A stretch of DNA of 64,000 nt from Alphaproteobacteria bacterium (GTDB lineage: Bacteria; Pseudomonadota; Alphaproteobacteria; UBA828): assembly GCA_963422645.2 (NCBI GenBank), contig CAXXVO010000014.1, forward strand, positions 128,001 through 192,000, in the 5' to 3' direction. A program made the position numbers and the translations under genes. Shown here in pieces: positions 20,367 to 29,550 of the stretch (positions within the stretch are counted from its first letter, which is position 1; every line of letters begins with the position of its first letter). The notes under the pieces were generated by a model. That model was not told the DNA's origin. It saw only the letters and a program-made list of their open reading frames with translations, and did no database searches.

Positions 20367-22011
20367 TCCTTGTCCAGCGCGATGCGGGCGGCGCGATTGG
20401 CTCGGCGCAGGAGCTGCTGCATCCGCCGGGCCCAAGCCTCCCCTTCGATGTCCACCAGCGCCTGCAACTCCCGCAGGTGATGGGCGTTGCACAGGCCGTG
20501 CTCCACCCCTTCCATCGCGAAGTACGGCTTCCAGTGATCGTGCACGACGATGCCGGAGACACCCGAGAGCAGGGCGCCGCGCTTGCCGCTGACCCGGTAC
20601 GCCGCCAGCAGCGGCGTGCAGATCACATGAAGCCACTGCGTCTGACCGCCGATCCGCAAGCCGGTCTCGTCCATGTGTTTCACCCGCGCCGTGCCCGCCG
20701 CCAGATCCTGTATGTGCAAGGCCGCGTCCCGCAGCCGCTCGGCCGCCCTCTCGCTCATCGTCGCCAACGTCGCAGCCGTCACCGGCGCGCCGAAGAGCTC
20801 GGCCATCACCTGCGACAGCCGATCCTCCGGCAGGAAGTGAGCGTGCTGAAGGTAGACCGCCACCCCGGCAATGCGCGGGCCGTACTGCACCGGCGCCGAC
20901 ACCCCGTCGGGGAACGCCGCCCGGGTCACCGTCCCGCAATGCCCGCAGCACTTGGCATGCGCCCGGTGCTCGGTCACCTCCAGGGGGCTCGGCTCGGGCA
21001 GATCGAACACCTGGCGGGCGACGGGCGTTCCCGCCCTGGCCGCGTCCGAAAGCGGCGAACCGCATCCCTTGCAGGAAGCCGGGACGTGATCCTTCACCCG
21101 ATCCGGGTGATCGGCGCGGCGCAGCGTCTTGCCCTTGTGGCCGGGCTGGCCACCGGGCTTGCGGCCCGATTTGCCGCGCAGGCTTCGGGTTCGCCGCTTC
21201 GAATTCGGCTTCCTCAGCCCATCGCTCGAAGGCGGCTTGCCGCTGTTGCCGCTGTTGAGGCCGAGACGGCGCTCCAACTCCTCGATGCGCTCGACGAGAC
21301 GCGCGACTTGCTCTTCCAGCCGCGCGTTCTGCTGCCGAAGCCAGGCATTTTCCTCCCGAAGCCGGGCGTTCTCCTCCTCCAGGCGGGCGATCTTCTGCGC
21401 GGGCGTTTCGGGCGCTGCTCCCGTCGAAGGGCCGCGCGGCGACTCGGGATTGCTCATGTCGTTGTTGAGTCATTTCCCGAAATTCCCGTCAAGCCCTTTC
21501 CACCAACTCCGAACGAGAAACGCCTCAATCCACTGGCCCAAAATGACAAATCAGACGACCTGGGCAGTTACATCAACAGAGCGTTTCCGGGTTTCCATCT
21601 GTTGTGGAAATTTGTGGAAATGCTTCAGACAGCGGGAGGCAGTCATGCAGACAAAAAATTTGGCTAGAGGCGTACTTTTCGCGCTTACTATTTTGTGTTT
21701 GCCGATTGCGGGCGCCTTTGCCGAAGGCGAGCTGGACGGCACGTGGAAAGCGCCTCCGATCGGCACCAAGGCCGCATACAATTATGGTGCGAATTGGGAA
21801 GTCGTCGCAGTCAAGAGTGACAGAGTATTTGTCATAGGTGACCCCGGTAACAAAATACAGAACGTCTCTTGGCATAAGTATAAGGGGATAATCGACAGCA
21901 TAAATGATGAAGGATGGAAGAGATCGATCAATGAGGCAGCGATTGATAAACTTTTCCCACTCAAGGTGGGAATGAACCGCCCCGGCTTTCCCGGAGGCAG
22001 TTTGGTTTGAG

Positions 22012-22917
22012 TCATGCAGCCATATTGAGGTTCTCGCTGGCGGCATAGTGATTTGCTTCGGCCTCAGCGGGCGGGATGTTACCGATGGGGCCGAGCAGGC
22101 GTTGATTATTGAACCAGTCCACCCATTCGAGGGTGGCGTATTCGACGGCCTCGAACGATCTCCACGGGCCGCGCCGGTGGATCACCTCGGCCTTGTAGAG
22201 GCCGTTGATCGTTTCGGCCAACGCGTTGTCGTAGCTGTCGCCGACACTGCCGACCGATGGATCGATCCCGGCTTCGGCCAGACGCTCGGAGTATTTGATC
22301 GACAGGTATTGGACGCCGCGGTCGCTGTGATGCACGAGGCCCGATCCCCTGGCGGGCTTCCGGGCGTGTATCGCCTGTTCCAGGGCATCCAGAACGAAGC
22401 TTGCATGAGCCGTGCGGCTCACCCGCCATCCGACGATCCGGCGTGCGAAGGCATCGATCACGAAGGCCACATAGACGAACCCGGCCCAGGTCGCGACATA
22501 GGTGAAGTCCGCCACCCACAGACGATTGGGCCCGGGCGCCTGGAACTGCCGGTTCACCTTGTCGAGCGGGCACGCCGCTCCCTTGTCGCTGACCGTGGTC
22601 TTCACCGGCTTGCCCCTGATCGCCCCGGCAAGGCCGAGATCGCGCATCAGCCGCTCGACGGTGCAGCGGGCAACGTCCAGGCCTTCGCGCCGTAGCTGGC
22701 GCCAGATCTTGCGGGCGCCATAGACCGAGTAGTTCGTCTCGAAGACGCGCTCGATCTCCGCCATCAGTACCAGATCACGCCGGGCACGATCCGGCAGCAG
22801 CGACGGATCGCGCTGTCTGCCGGCATGAAGCCGGTACGTGGACGGGGCGATCGGCAGAACCTTGCAGATCGGCTCGACCCCATAGGTATCGCGATGCTCG
22901 TCGATGAAGGCGATCAT
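22012..22917 (-). CDS. IS3 transposase OrfB (integrase core)
   Basis: [33 protein letters not shown]. Confidence 0.93.
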   Translation of the reverse strand: MIAFIDEHRDTYGVEPICKVLPIAPSTYRLHAGRQRDPSLLPDRARRDLVLMAEIERVFETNYSVYGARKIWRQLRREGLDVARCTVERLMRDLGLAGAIRGKPVKTTVSDKGAACPLDKVNRQFQAPGPNRLWVADFTYVATWAGFVYVAFVIDAFARRIVGWRVSRTAHASFVLDALEQAIHARKPARGSGLVHHSDRGVQYLSIKYSERLAEAGIDPSVGSVGDSYDNALAETINGLYKAEVIHRRGPWRSFEAVEYATLEWVDWFNNQRLLGPIGNIPPAEAEANHYAASENLNMAA

Positions 22918-23240
22918 CGCTTGAGTGGGCGGTCGAGCTCCGCCTGGGCAAAATAGGCACTGGCTTTGCGCAGAATCTCGTTCGCCTGGCGCAGCTCGCG
23001 AACCTCGCGTTCCAGCGCCCTGACCCGCGCACGATCGTCGCTGGTCATGCCCGACCTGGCGCCGCTGTCTTGTTCAGCCCGACGGACCCACCGCCGCAGC
23101 GTCTCGGTCGTGCAGCCGAACTTCGCCGCGATCGAACACATCGCCGCCCATTGCGAGCCATGCTCGCCCTGGTGCTCGAAAACCAGCCGGACAGCCCGTT
23201 CGCGAACCTCCGCCGGATAACGTGTCGAATGTCTTCCCAT
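22914..23240 (-). CDS. IS3 transposase OrfA (HTH plus leucine zipper)
   Basis: [14 protein letters not shown]...[22 protein letters not shown]. Confidence 0.92.
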   Translation of the reverse strand: MGRHSTRYPAEVRERAVRLVFEHQGEHGSQWAAMCSIAAKFGCTTETLRRWVRRAEQDSGARSGMTSDDRARVRALEREVRELRQANEILRKASAYFAQAELDRPLKR

Positions 23241-23782
23241 AACGGCTCCTCCTTCTCACAAGATGGAGCCTCCGGGAAAGCCGGAGCGGTTCAGAAACAA
23301 AACGACTGTGTCTGCTCCCTCAGGGGATTGGGATCTTAGGGTCACATACAAGGTCACTGGAATCAAACAAATCGAGACTCTCGCCGGGGTGAGGACAGTA
23401 TATCGCATTGCATTCTTGGAAAGGGGAGACGATAATCACAGAGCAAAGGGCTTCGGATATTTCGATCCAGAGTTGGGAATTTGGCATCGCGGAATCTACA
23501 CATACCAAAACAACGATCCGTACAAATGGAAGCTAATTAGCCTGGAGCTCCCTGAGTAATCGAGAACAATCTCGACGCCAACGCCCAGGTTGGGTGCACT
23601 GACCGTCCACGTCCATTAAGGGAGCGGGTCCCGCACGGTTGCTCCCAAGAGGTAACTGCCCAGGTCGTCTGATTTGTCATTTTGGGCCAGTGGATTGGTA
23701 ACTACCCAGGTACCCCAATCCTGAGTTGAGGACGGTGATTATGGCGGCGGCCGCGGCCTGGTTCTGCCACCGCGATTGGTTC

Positions 23783-23841
23783 TTGACCTCATAGAGTTGC
23801 GGGACTATGGACTGCTCTCTCGCGTGACGGGAGCGGTCCAT
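23783..23841 (+). promoter_or_regulatory. Putative sigma70 promoter and RBS-sequestering hairpin of the B1 MTase-transposase operon
   Basis: TTGACC-17bp-TATGGA; ATGGACTGCTC (23807-23817) pairs with GAGCGGTCCAT (23831-23841); same layout in B2. Confidence 0.6.
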
Positions 23842-24505
23842 GGGGTATTTCGGCTCGAAGGCGACAGCAGGTCTGTGCCAAGCGCTGATTGCGCTGATGC
23901 CGCCGCACTCCGTCTACATCGAAAGCCACCTTGGGGGCGGGGCGCTGACGAAGCGCAAGCCGCCGGCCGTGCGTTCGATCGGCATCGACCGCGATGCGCA
24001 GGCGCTCGAGGCCTTCGTCTGCGACTACCCGGTCGATCTGGTTCACGGCTGTGCCCATGACTTCCTGGCCTCGTTCCCGTTCCTGGGCCCGGAGCTGGTT
24101 TACAGCGATCCGCCCTATCTGCACGCGACCCGCCGCTCGGCGCAGCGCTACCGCTTCGAGTACGAGGAGGCCGGCCACGTCGCGCTTCTCGCGCTGCTCA
24201 AGGCTCTGCCCTGCCAGGTCATGATCTCGGGCCATCCGTCGGCGCTCTATGACGAGGTGCTGGCGGGATGGCGCCGGCTGGCGCTGCAGGTCACGACCCA
24301 GGGTCTGGTGCGAACCGAGGTCGTCTGGTTCAACTACGCCCCCGACCGGATGCATTGGGCCAGCCACGCAGGCCGGAACTTCACCGACCGCCAGCGCATC
24401 AAGCGCAAGGCAGCCAACTGGGGCCGGCGCTACCAGGCCTTGCCGCCGGGCGAACGCCTCGCCGTGCTCGCCGCCATGATGGCCGTCGAGGCCGAAGACA
24501 CGTGA
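23840..24505 (+). CDS. Compact Dam-like (D12-class) N6-adenine DNA methyltransferase
   Basis: YFGSK (motif X), YIESHLGGGA (motif I), GIDRD, LVYSDPPY (motif IV), VMISG, RTEVVW. Confidence 0.85.
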   Translation: MGYFGSKATAGLCQALIALMPPHSVYIESHLGGGALTKRKPPAVRSIGIDRDAQALEAFVCDYPVDLVHGCAHDFLASFPFLGPELVYSDPPYLHATRRSAQRYRFEYEEAGHVALLALLKALPCQVMISGHPSALYDEVLAGWRRLALQVTTQGLVRTEVVWFNYAPDRMHWASHAGRNFTDRQRIKRKAANWGRRYQALPPGERLAVLAAMMAVEAEDT

Positions 24506-26040
24506 CGGTGTCGCACTGGCACGAAGACCTCGCCGCCCGTAACGAGGCCTTCTGCTGCCTGAAGGAGCTTCTCGAGCCATCATCCCTCGCAACCACTGTC
24601 GTCGTTGCCGTCCGGGAATGGGGGCAGGGGCTGCTGCGATCAGCCACCGCGCTCGCCCGGGAAAATGCCGCACTCGAGCAGGAGAACGCGGCCCTGCGCG
24701 AGCGCATCGCCGAACTCGAGCGCAGCGCGGCCCTCAACAGCACCACAAGCAGCAAGCCCCCCGCCAGCGACGGGCTCAAGAAGAAAAGCGGAGCCCAGAG
24801 GCGCACCCAAAGCCAGCGCGGAAAGTCCGGCGGGCCCAGTGGCGGCCAGCCCGGCCACAAGGGAACCACCCTCGCGCGGAGCGACAGCCCGGACCGTGTC
24901 GTCGATCACCACCCCTCCACCTGTTCCGGCTGTGGCGTCGAGCTCTCGGACGCCGACCGGCAAGGCGCGCCCGCCTGTCGGCAGGTCTTCGACGTACCCG
25001 AGCCGCAGCCTCTCGAGGTCACCGAACACCGCGCCCATCGCTGCCTCTGCGGCGCATGCGGCACGCTGACACGAGCCGCCTTCCCGCCGGGCGTCACCGC
25101 CCCGGTCCAGTACGGCCCTCGCATCACCGCTTGGGTGAGTTACCTGCTGTACGCCCAGTTCGTGCCCGAGAAGCGTCTGGCCGAACTCATGAGCGACATC
25201 TTCGCGGTGTCCATCTCCACTGCCACGATCGCCGCCATGGGCCGGCGCACAGCGCAGCGCTTCGAGGGCTTCCTCGACCATGTCGCCGATCTGATCCGCA
25301 CGCAGGCGCCGGTCAAGCACCTCGACGAGACCGGCCTGCGTATCGCCGCCCGTACCCGCTGGCTCCATGTGCTGTGCACCCCGTTGCTCACCGTCCTGCG
25401 CATCGGCGAGGGACGCGGCGATGTCGAAAAGAACCTGAAAGGCATCCTCGTCCACGACGACTTCGCCCCCTACTTCACCATCAAGGGCGTCCGCCACGGC
25501 GCCTGCAACGCACATCACCTGCGCGAACTCCAGGCCCTGATCGACATCGAGAAGGAGGAATGGGCGGCGAGCATGCACCGCCTGCTTCAGCGCGCGCGCA
25601 GGGCCGCCCGCTTCGCCCGTGAGAAAGACCGTCAAGTCCCCGCCTCCCTGGTGGCCCGCATCTCAAGGGCATGGGACCGTATCCTCGAAGAAGCCATCGC
25701 CTTCCATGAGGCCCAACCGCCGCTCCAGATCGCAAAGCGAGGGCGAAAGAAACGCCGCATCGGCCACAACCTCGCGCGCCGCCTTCAAAAGCATAAGGAG
25801 GGCTGCCTGCGCTTCCTCACCGACATGCGCACGCCGTTCACGAATAACGAGGCGGAGCGTGACATCCGTATGAACAAAGTGCATGAGAAGATCTCAGGCG
25901 GCTTCCGCTCCCTGCAAGGCGCCTGCAACTTCGCCGGAATGCGCAGCGTCATCGTCACCGCTCGAAAGCAAGGCTGGAACATCCTGCAAATCCTGGCGCA
26001 CCCGGAACCGATGCAGCTGATCCCTATACTGCGCTCCTGA
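24502..26040 (+). CDS. IS66-family transposase (type B1, apparently intact, about 512 aa)
   Basis: GTG start overlaps the MTase TGA (GTGA); SSKPPASD, zinc finger, DETG, CNAHHLREL, TNNEAERD. Confidence 0.9.
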   Translation: MTVSHWHEDLAARNEAFCCLKELLEPSSLATTVVVAVREWGQGLLRSATALARENAALEQENAALRERIAELERSAALNSTTSSKPPASDGLKKKSGAQRRTQSQRGKSGGPSGGQPGHKGTTLARSDSPDRVVDHHPSTCSGCGVELSDADRQGAPACRQVFDVPEPQPLEVTEHRAHRCLCGACGTLTRAAFPPGVTAPVQYGPRITAWVSYLLYAQFVPEKRLAELMSDIFAVSISTATIAAMGRRTAQRFEGFLDHVADLIRTQAPVKHLDETGLRIAARTRWLHVLCTPLLTVLRIGEGRGDVEKNLKGILVHDDFAPYFTIKGVRHGACNAHHLRELQALIDIEKEEWAASMHRLLQRARRAARFAREKDRQVPASLVARISRAWDRILEEAIAFHEAQPPLQIAKRGRKKRRIGHNLARRLQKHKEGCLRFLTDMRTPFTNNEAERDIRMNKVHEKISGGFRSLQGACNFAGMRSVIVTARKQGWNILQILAHPEPMQLIPILRS

Positions 26041-26224
26041 ACTTCTCCGGCTCATCCTGAGTATCGCTGTCCTCTCATCTTGTTCGCGACGCGGCGTTCA
26101 TCATCCTCTCGCGCTCAAGAGAGTAGGCACCCCCGCGGCGTGGGGGCGTTGACGCAAAAGGAACTGGCTTGTTCCATAAGAGAGAGGGGGTACCTGGGCA
26201 GTTACGAAATGACTCAACAACGAC

Positions 26225-27731
26225 ATGAGCAATCCCGAGTCGCCGCGCGGCCCTTCGACGGGAGCAGCGCCCGAAACGCCCGCGCAGAAGATCGCCCGCC
26301 TGGAGGAGGAGAACGCCCGGCTTCGGGAGGAAAATGCCTGGCTTCGGCAGCAGAACGCGCGGCTGGAAGAGCAAGTCGCGCGTCTCGTCGAGCGCATCGA
26401 GGAGTTGGAGCGCCGTCTCGGCCTCAACAGCGGCAACAGCGGCAAGCCGCCTTCGAGCGATGGGCTGAGGAAGCCGAATTCGAAGCGGCGAACCCGAAGC
26501 CTGCGCGGCAAATCGGGCCGCAAGCCCGGTGGCCAGCCCGGCCACAAGGGCAAGACGCTGCGCCGCGCCGATCACCCGGATCGGGTGAAGGATCACGTCC
26601 CGGCTTCCTGCAAGGGATGCGGTTCGCCGCTTTCGGACGCGGCCAGGGCGGGAACGCCCGTCGCCCGCCAGGTGTTCGATCTGCCCGAGCCGAGCCCCCT
26701 GGAGGTGACCGAGCACCGGGCGCATGCCAAGTGCTGCGGGCATTGCGGGACGGTGACCCGGGCGGCGTTCCCCGACGGGGTGTCGGCGCCGGTGCAGTAC
26801 GGCCCGCGCATTGCCGGGGTGGCGGTCTACCTTCAGCACGCTCACTTCCTGCCGGAGGATCGGCTGTCGCAGGTGATGGCCGAGCTCTTCGGCGCGCCGG
26901 TGACGGCTGCGACGTTGGCGACGATGAGCGAGAGGGCGGCCGAGCGGCTTGCGGGACGCGGCCTTGCACATACAGGACCTGGCGGCGGGCACGGCGCGGG
27001 TGAAACACATGGACGAGACCGGCTTGCGGATCGGCGGTCAGACGCAGTGGCTTCATGTGATCTGCACGCCGCTGCTGGCGGCGTACCGGGTCAGCGGCAA
27101 GCGCGGCGCCCTGCTCTCGGGTGTCTCCGGCATCGTCGTGCACGATCACTGGAAGCCGTACTTCGCGATGGAAGGGGTGGAGCACGGCCTGTGCAACGCC
27201 CATCACCTGCGGGAGTTGCAGGCGCTGGTGGACATCGAAGGGGAGGCTTGGGCCCGGCGGATGCAGCAGCTCCTGCGCCGAGCCAATCGCGCCGCCCGCA
27301 TCGCGCTGGACAAGGATATCGCCGTTCCGGCGAGGCTTGTGGCGCTGATCGAGCGCCGATACGACGAGATCATCGCCGATGCGCTGGCCTTTCACGAGAG
27401 CCAACCACCGTTCTCGCCTGGCAAGAGGAAGAAGCGCCGGAAGCGAAGGATCGGTCACAATCTGGCCTTGAGGCTGCGCGACCACAAATGCGCGGTGCTC
27501 CGGTTCCTGATCGACCTCGAGGTCGGGTTCACGAACAACGAGGCCGAGCGCGACCTTCGGATGATGAAGCTGCGCCAGAAGATCTCCGGGGGCTTCCGGT
27601 CCGCGCAGGGGGCCGAGAACTTCGCCATCCTGCGCAGCGTCATCACCACCGCCAGAAAGCAGGGCTGGAATATCATCGAAGCCCTGACCAGCCCATCGGA
27701 TCGGCTCATCGCCACCGTCAAGTGCGCGTAA
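26225..27731 (+). pseudogene. IS66 type A transposase with a 1-nt insertion near 26949 (real or sequencing error)
   Basis: GAGCGGCTTGCGG here vs GAGCGGCTGCGG in copy 1; otherwise near-identical. Confidence 0.85.
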
Positions 27732-28128
27732 GCTCACCTGGCACGGGTTCTCCAACAGCGGAGCCATTCTCATAAACGATCATGGTCGACGCCGTGCTGG
27801 ACCACCCCATAGAATGAAAATCGGTGCCCGTCGCGCGGGCGGACTTCGGGCCACATCGGGGTAGCTTACCGGTCGCAGTCCGCAAGAGGGGCATCGTGAG
27901 CTGTGAAACCCGGCGACCATAGAGGAGCACACGGGCGTCGCGTGGGTAGCGTTGTGCCGAATCCCAGAGAATTTTCACAGCAAGAACCTGGGCAGTTACC
28001 CCAAGAGTTTCTGGACGCTGCGCTAAGCGTTGCTGTGTGGGGCACGCTGACATACGCTTGCCGGCCCGGCTGCCGTCTGGTCCGACCATTGCGGCGGCTT
28101 GCCCGCCCTCGAACATTGGAGACGCAGC

Positions 28129-29526
28129 ATGTCGCTCGATCAGGCCCAGAACATCTCGCTGGAGGAGCTCGACAAGCAGGTCATGCTCCACCCGGTCACC
28201 TCGATCGCCGAGCATCAGGACGCTGGTCCGGTCATCTACGGCAAGAGCGGCGGGGTGAAGGTCTACGACCGCCAGGGCAAGGGCTACATCGACGCGGCGG
28301 CGGCGCTCTGGTGCGTCAATATCGGCTACGGGCGGACCAGGCTCGCCGAGGTCGCGGCCGAGGAGATGACGCGCATCGGCTTCTTCCACACCTTCGGCGG
28401 CGCCTCCAACGAGCCGCAGATCAGGCTCGCCGAGAAGCTGCTCTCGCTGCTCCACGAGCACGCCGATTGCCACCACATCGGCAAGGTGTTCTTCGGCCTC
28501 TCGGGCTCGGACGGCAACGACACCCAGTTCAAGCTGGTCCGCTACTACAACAACCTGCGCGGCCGGCCGGAGAAGAAGAAGATCATCTCGCGCCTCGGCG
28601 CCTATCACGGCGTCACCGCGGCGGCCGGAAGCCTCACCGGTATTCCGCTCTACCACAAGGCCTTCGACCTGCCCTTCGAGGGAGTGCTGCACACCGATTG
28701 CCCGCACTACTGGCGGGAGGGCCTGGAAGGCGAGAGCGAGGAGGAGTTCGCCGATCGCATGGCCGCATCGCTGGAAGCCATGATCGAGCGGGAAGGGCCG
28801 GAGACCATCGCGGCCTTCATCGCGGAGCCGGTGATGGGCACCGGCGGCGTGATCATCCCGGGCGGCGGTTACTACGACAAGGTGCAGGCGATCCTCAAGA
28901 AGCACGACATCCTCTTCATCGCCGACGAGGTGATCTGTGGCTTCGGGCGCCTCGGCACCTGGTTCGGCGCGAGCTACTTCGGGCTCAAGCCCGATTTGAT
29001 GACCTTCGCCAAGGGGCTCACCAGCGCCTACTTCCCGATGTCGGCGGTGGCGATCTCGGACGAGGTCTGGCAGGTGCTGGCGGACGGCACGCCCGAGGTC
29101 GGCATGTTCGCCCACGGCTTCACCTATTCGGGCCACCCGGTTGGCGGCGCCGTCGGCCTCGCGAACCTTGAAATCATGGAGAGCGAGAACCTGGTCGCCA
29201 ACTCGGCCGAGGTCGGCGCCTACTTCAAGCAGTGCCTGATCGAGCGGGTGGGCGATCACCCCAATGTCGGCGATATCCGCGGCGCGGGCCTGATGCTCGG
29301 CGTCGAGTACGTCGCCGAGCCCGGGAGCAAGGCCGCGCCGGACATGACCCCGCCGGCGCATCGGCGCGTCTCGGCCGCGGCGCAGGAGCGTGGTCTGCTC
29401 ACCCGAGGGCTGCCCTTCCTGCCGGTCAACGCCTTCTCGCCGCCGCTCACGTTTACGCGGGCGGATGTCGACGAGACCGTCGGCATCTTCGGCGAGGCCG
29501 TGGAGAGCGTCTTCGGCAAAGGCTGA
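28129..29526 (+). CDS. Class III (omega-amino acid) aminotransferase
   Basis: [30 protein letters not shown] lysine in [16 protein letters not shown]. Confidence 0.92.
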   Translation: MSLDQAQNISLEELDKQVMLHPVTSIAEHQDAGPVIYGKSGGVKVYDRQGKGYIDAAAALWCVNIGYGRTRLAEVAAEEMTRIGFFHTFGGASNEPQIRLAEKLLSLLHEHADCHHIGKVFFGLSGSDGNDTQFKLVRYYNNLRGRPEKKKIISRLGAYHGVTAAAGSLTGIPLYHKAFDLPFEGVLHTDCPHYWREGLEGESEEEFADRMAASLEAMIEREGPETIAAFIAEPVMGTGGVIIPGGGYYDKVQAILKKHDILFIADEVICGFGRLGTWFGASYFGLKPDLMTFAKGLTSAYFPMSAVAISDEVWQVLADGTPEVGMFAHGFTYSGHPVGGAVGLANLEIMESENLVANSAEVGAYFKQCLIERVGDHPNVGDIRGAGLMLGVEYVAEPGSKAAPDMTPPAHRRVSAAAQERGLLTRGLPFLPVNAFSPPLTFTRADVDETVGIFGEAVESVFGKG

Positions 29527-29550
29527 GCCCTCGCCTACAGGGGCTCCGCC

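Larger units (their letters stand above)
17434..21457 (-). pseudogene. IS66 transposase split by element X (21457-20366 plus 17847-17434)
   Basis: NSGKPPSSD, zinc finger C..C, DETG, CNAHHLREL, TNNEAERDLR; rejoins in frame once X and one TSD copy are removed. Confidence 0.9.
17166..21571 (-). mobile_element. IS66-family element type A, copy 1 (single-ORF, ISBst12-like), interrupted by element X
   Basis: Ends GTAACTGCCCAGGT / ACCTGGGCAGTTAC; 8-bp TSD ATCAACAG at 17158-17165 and 21572-21579. Confidence 0.92.
21973..23293 (-). mobile_element. IS3-family element (IS51 group-like)
   Basis: TG...CA ends; IR TGAACCGCCCCGGCTTTCCCGGAGGC vs TGAACCGCTCCGGCTTTCCCGGAGGC; 3-bp TSD GAA. Confidence 0.93.
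21645..23559 (+). pseudogene. Low-GC secreted hypothetical protein interrupted by IS3 (21645-21972 plus 23297-23559)
   Basis: Signal peptide MQTKNLARGVLFALTILCLPIAGAFA; LFPLKVG|NKTTVS rejoins in frame across the GAA TSD. Confidence 0.8.
23698..26205 (+). mobile_element. IS66-family element type B1 carrying a DNA adenine methyltransferase
   Basis: IR GTAACTACCCAGGTACCCC / GGGGTACCTGGGCAGTTAC enclosing an MTase gene and a transposase gene; no TSD, 49 bp of host element missing. Confidence 0.88.
23652..27999 (+). mobile_element. IS66-family element type A, copy 2, with a type B element nested in its left end
   Basis: GTAACTGCCCAGGT ends; 8-bp TSD CCCAAGAG at 23644-23651 and 28000-28007; near-identical to copy 1 in inverted orientation. 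Confidence 0.92.

Noticed and set aside
21602-21621. DnaA boxes or a replication origin
   Set aside because: Two mismatches to TGTGGATAA, only two copies, and no origin-associated genes nearby
23840-26040. Restriction-modification system
   Set aside because: The gene after the MTase is a clear IS66 transposase; no endonuclease ORF lies within or beside either element
26940-26955. Programmed frameshift in the IS66-A transposase
   Set aside because: Copy 1 lacks the extra T and reads in frame, so this is a mutation or sequencing error
17166-27999. One composite transposon formed by the two inverted IS66-A copies
   Set aside because: Each copy has its own matching 8-bp TSD and the outer flanks (ATCAACAG vs CCCAAGAG) differ, so these are independent insertions
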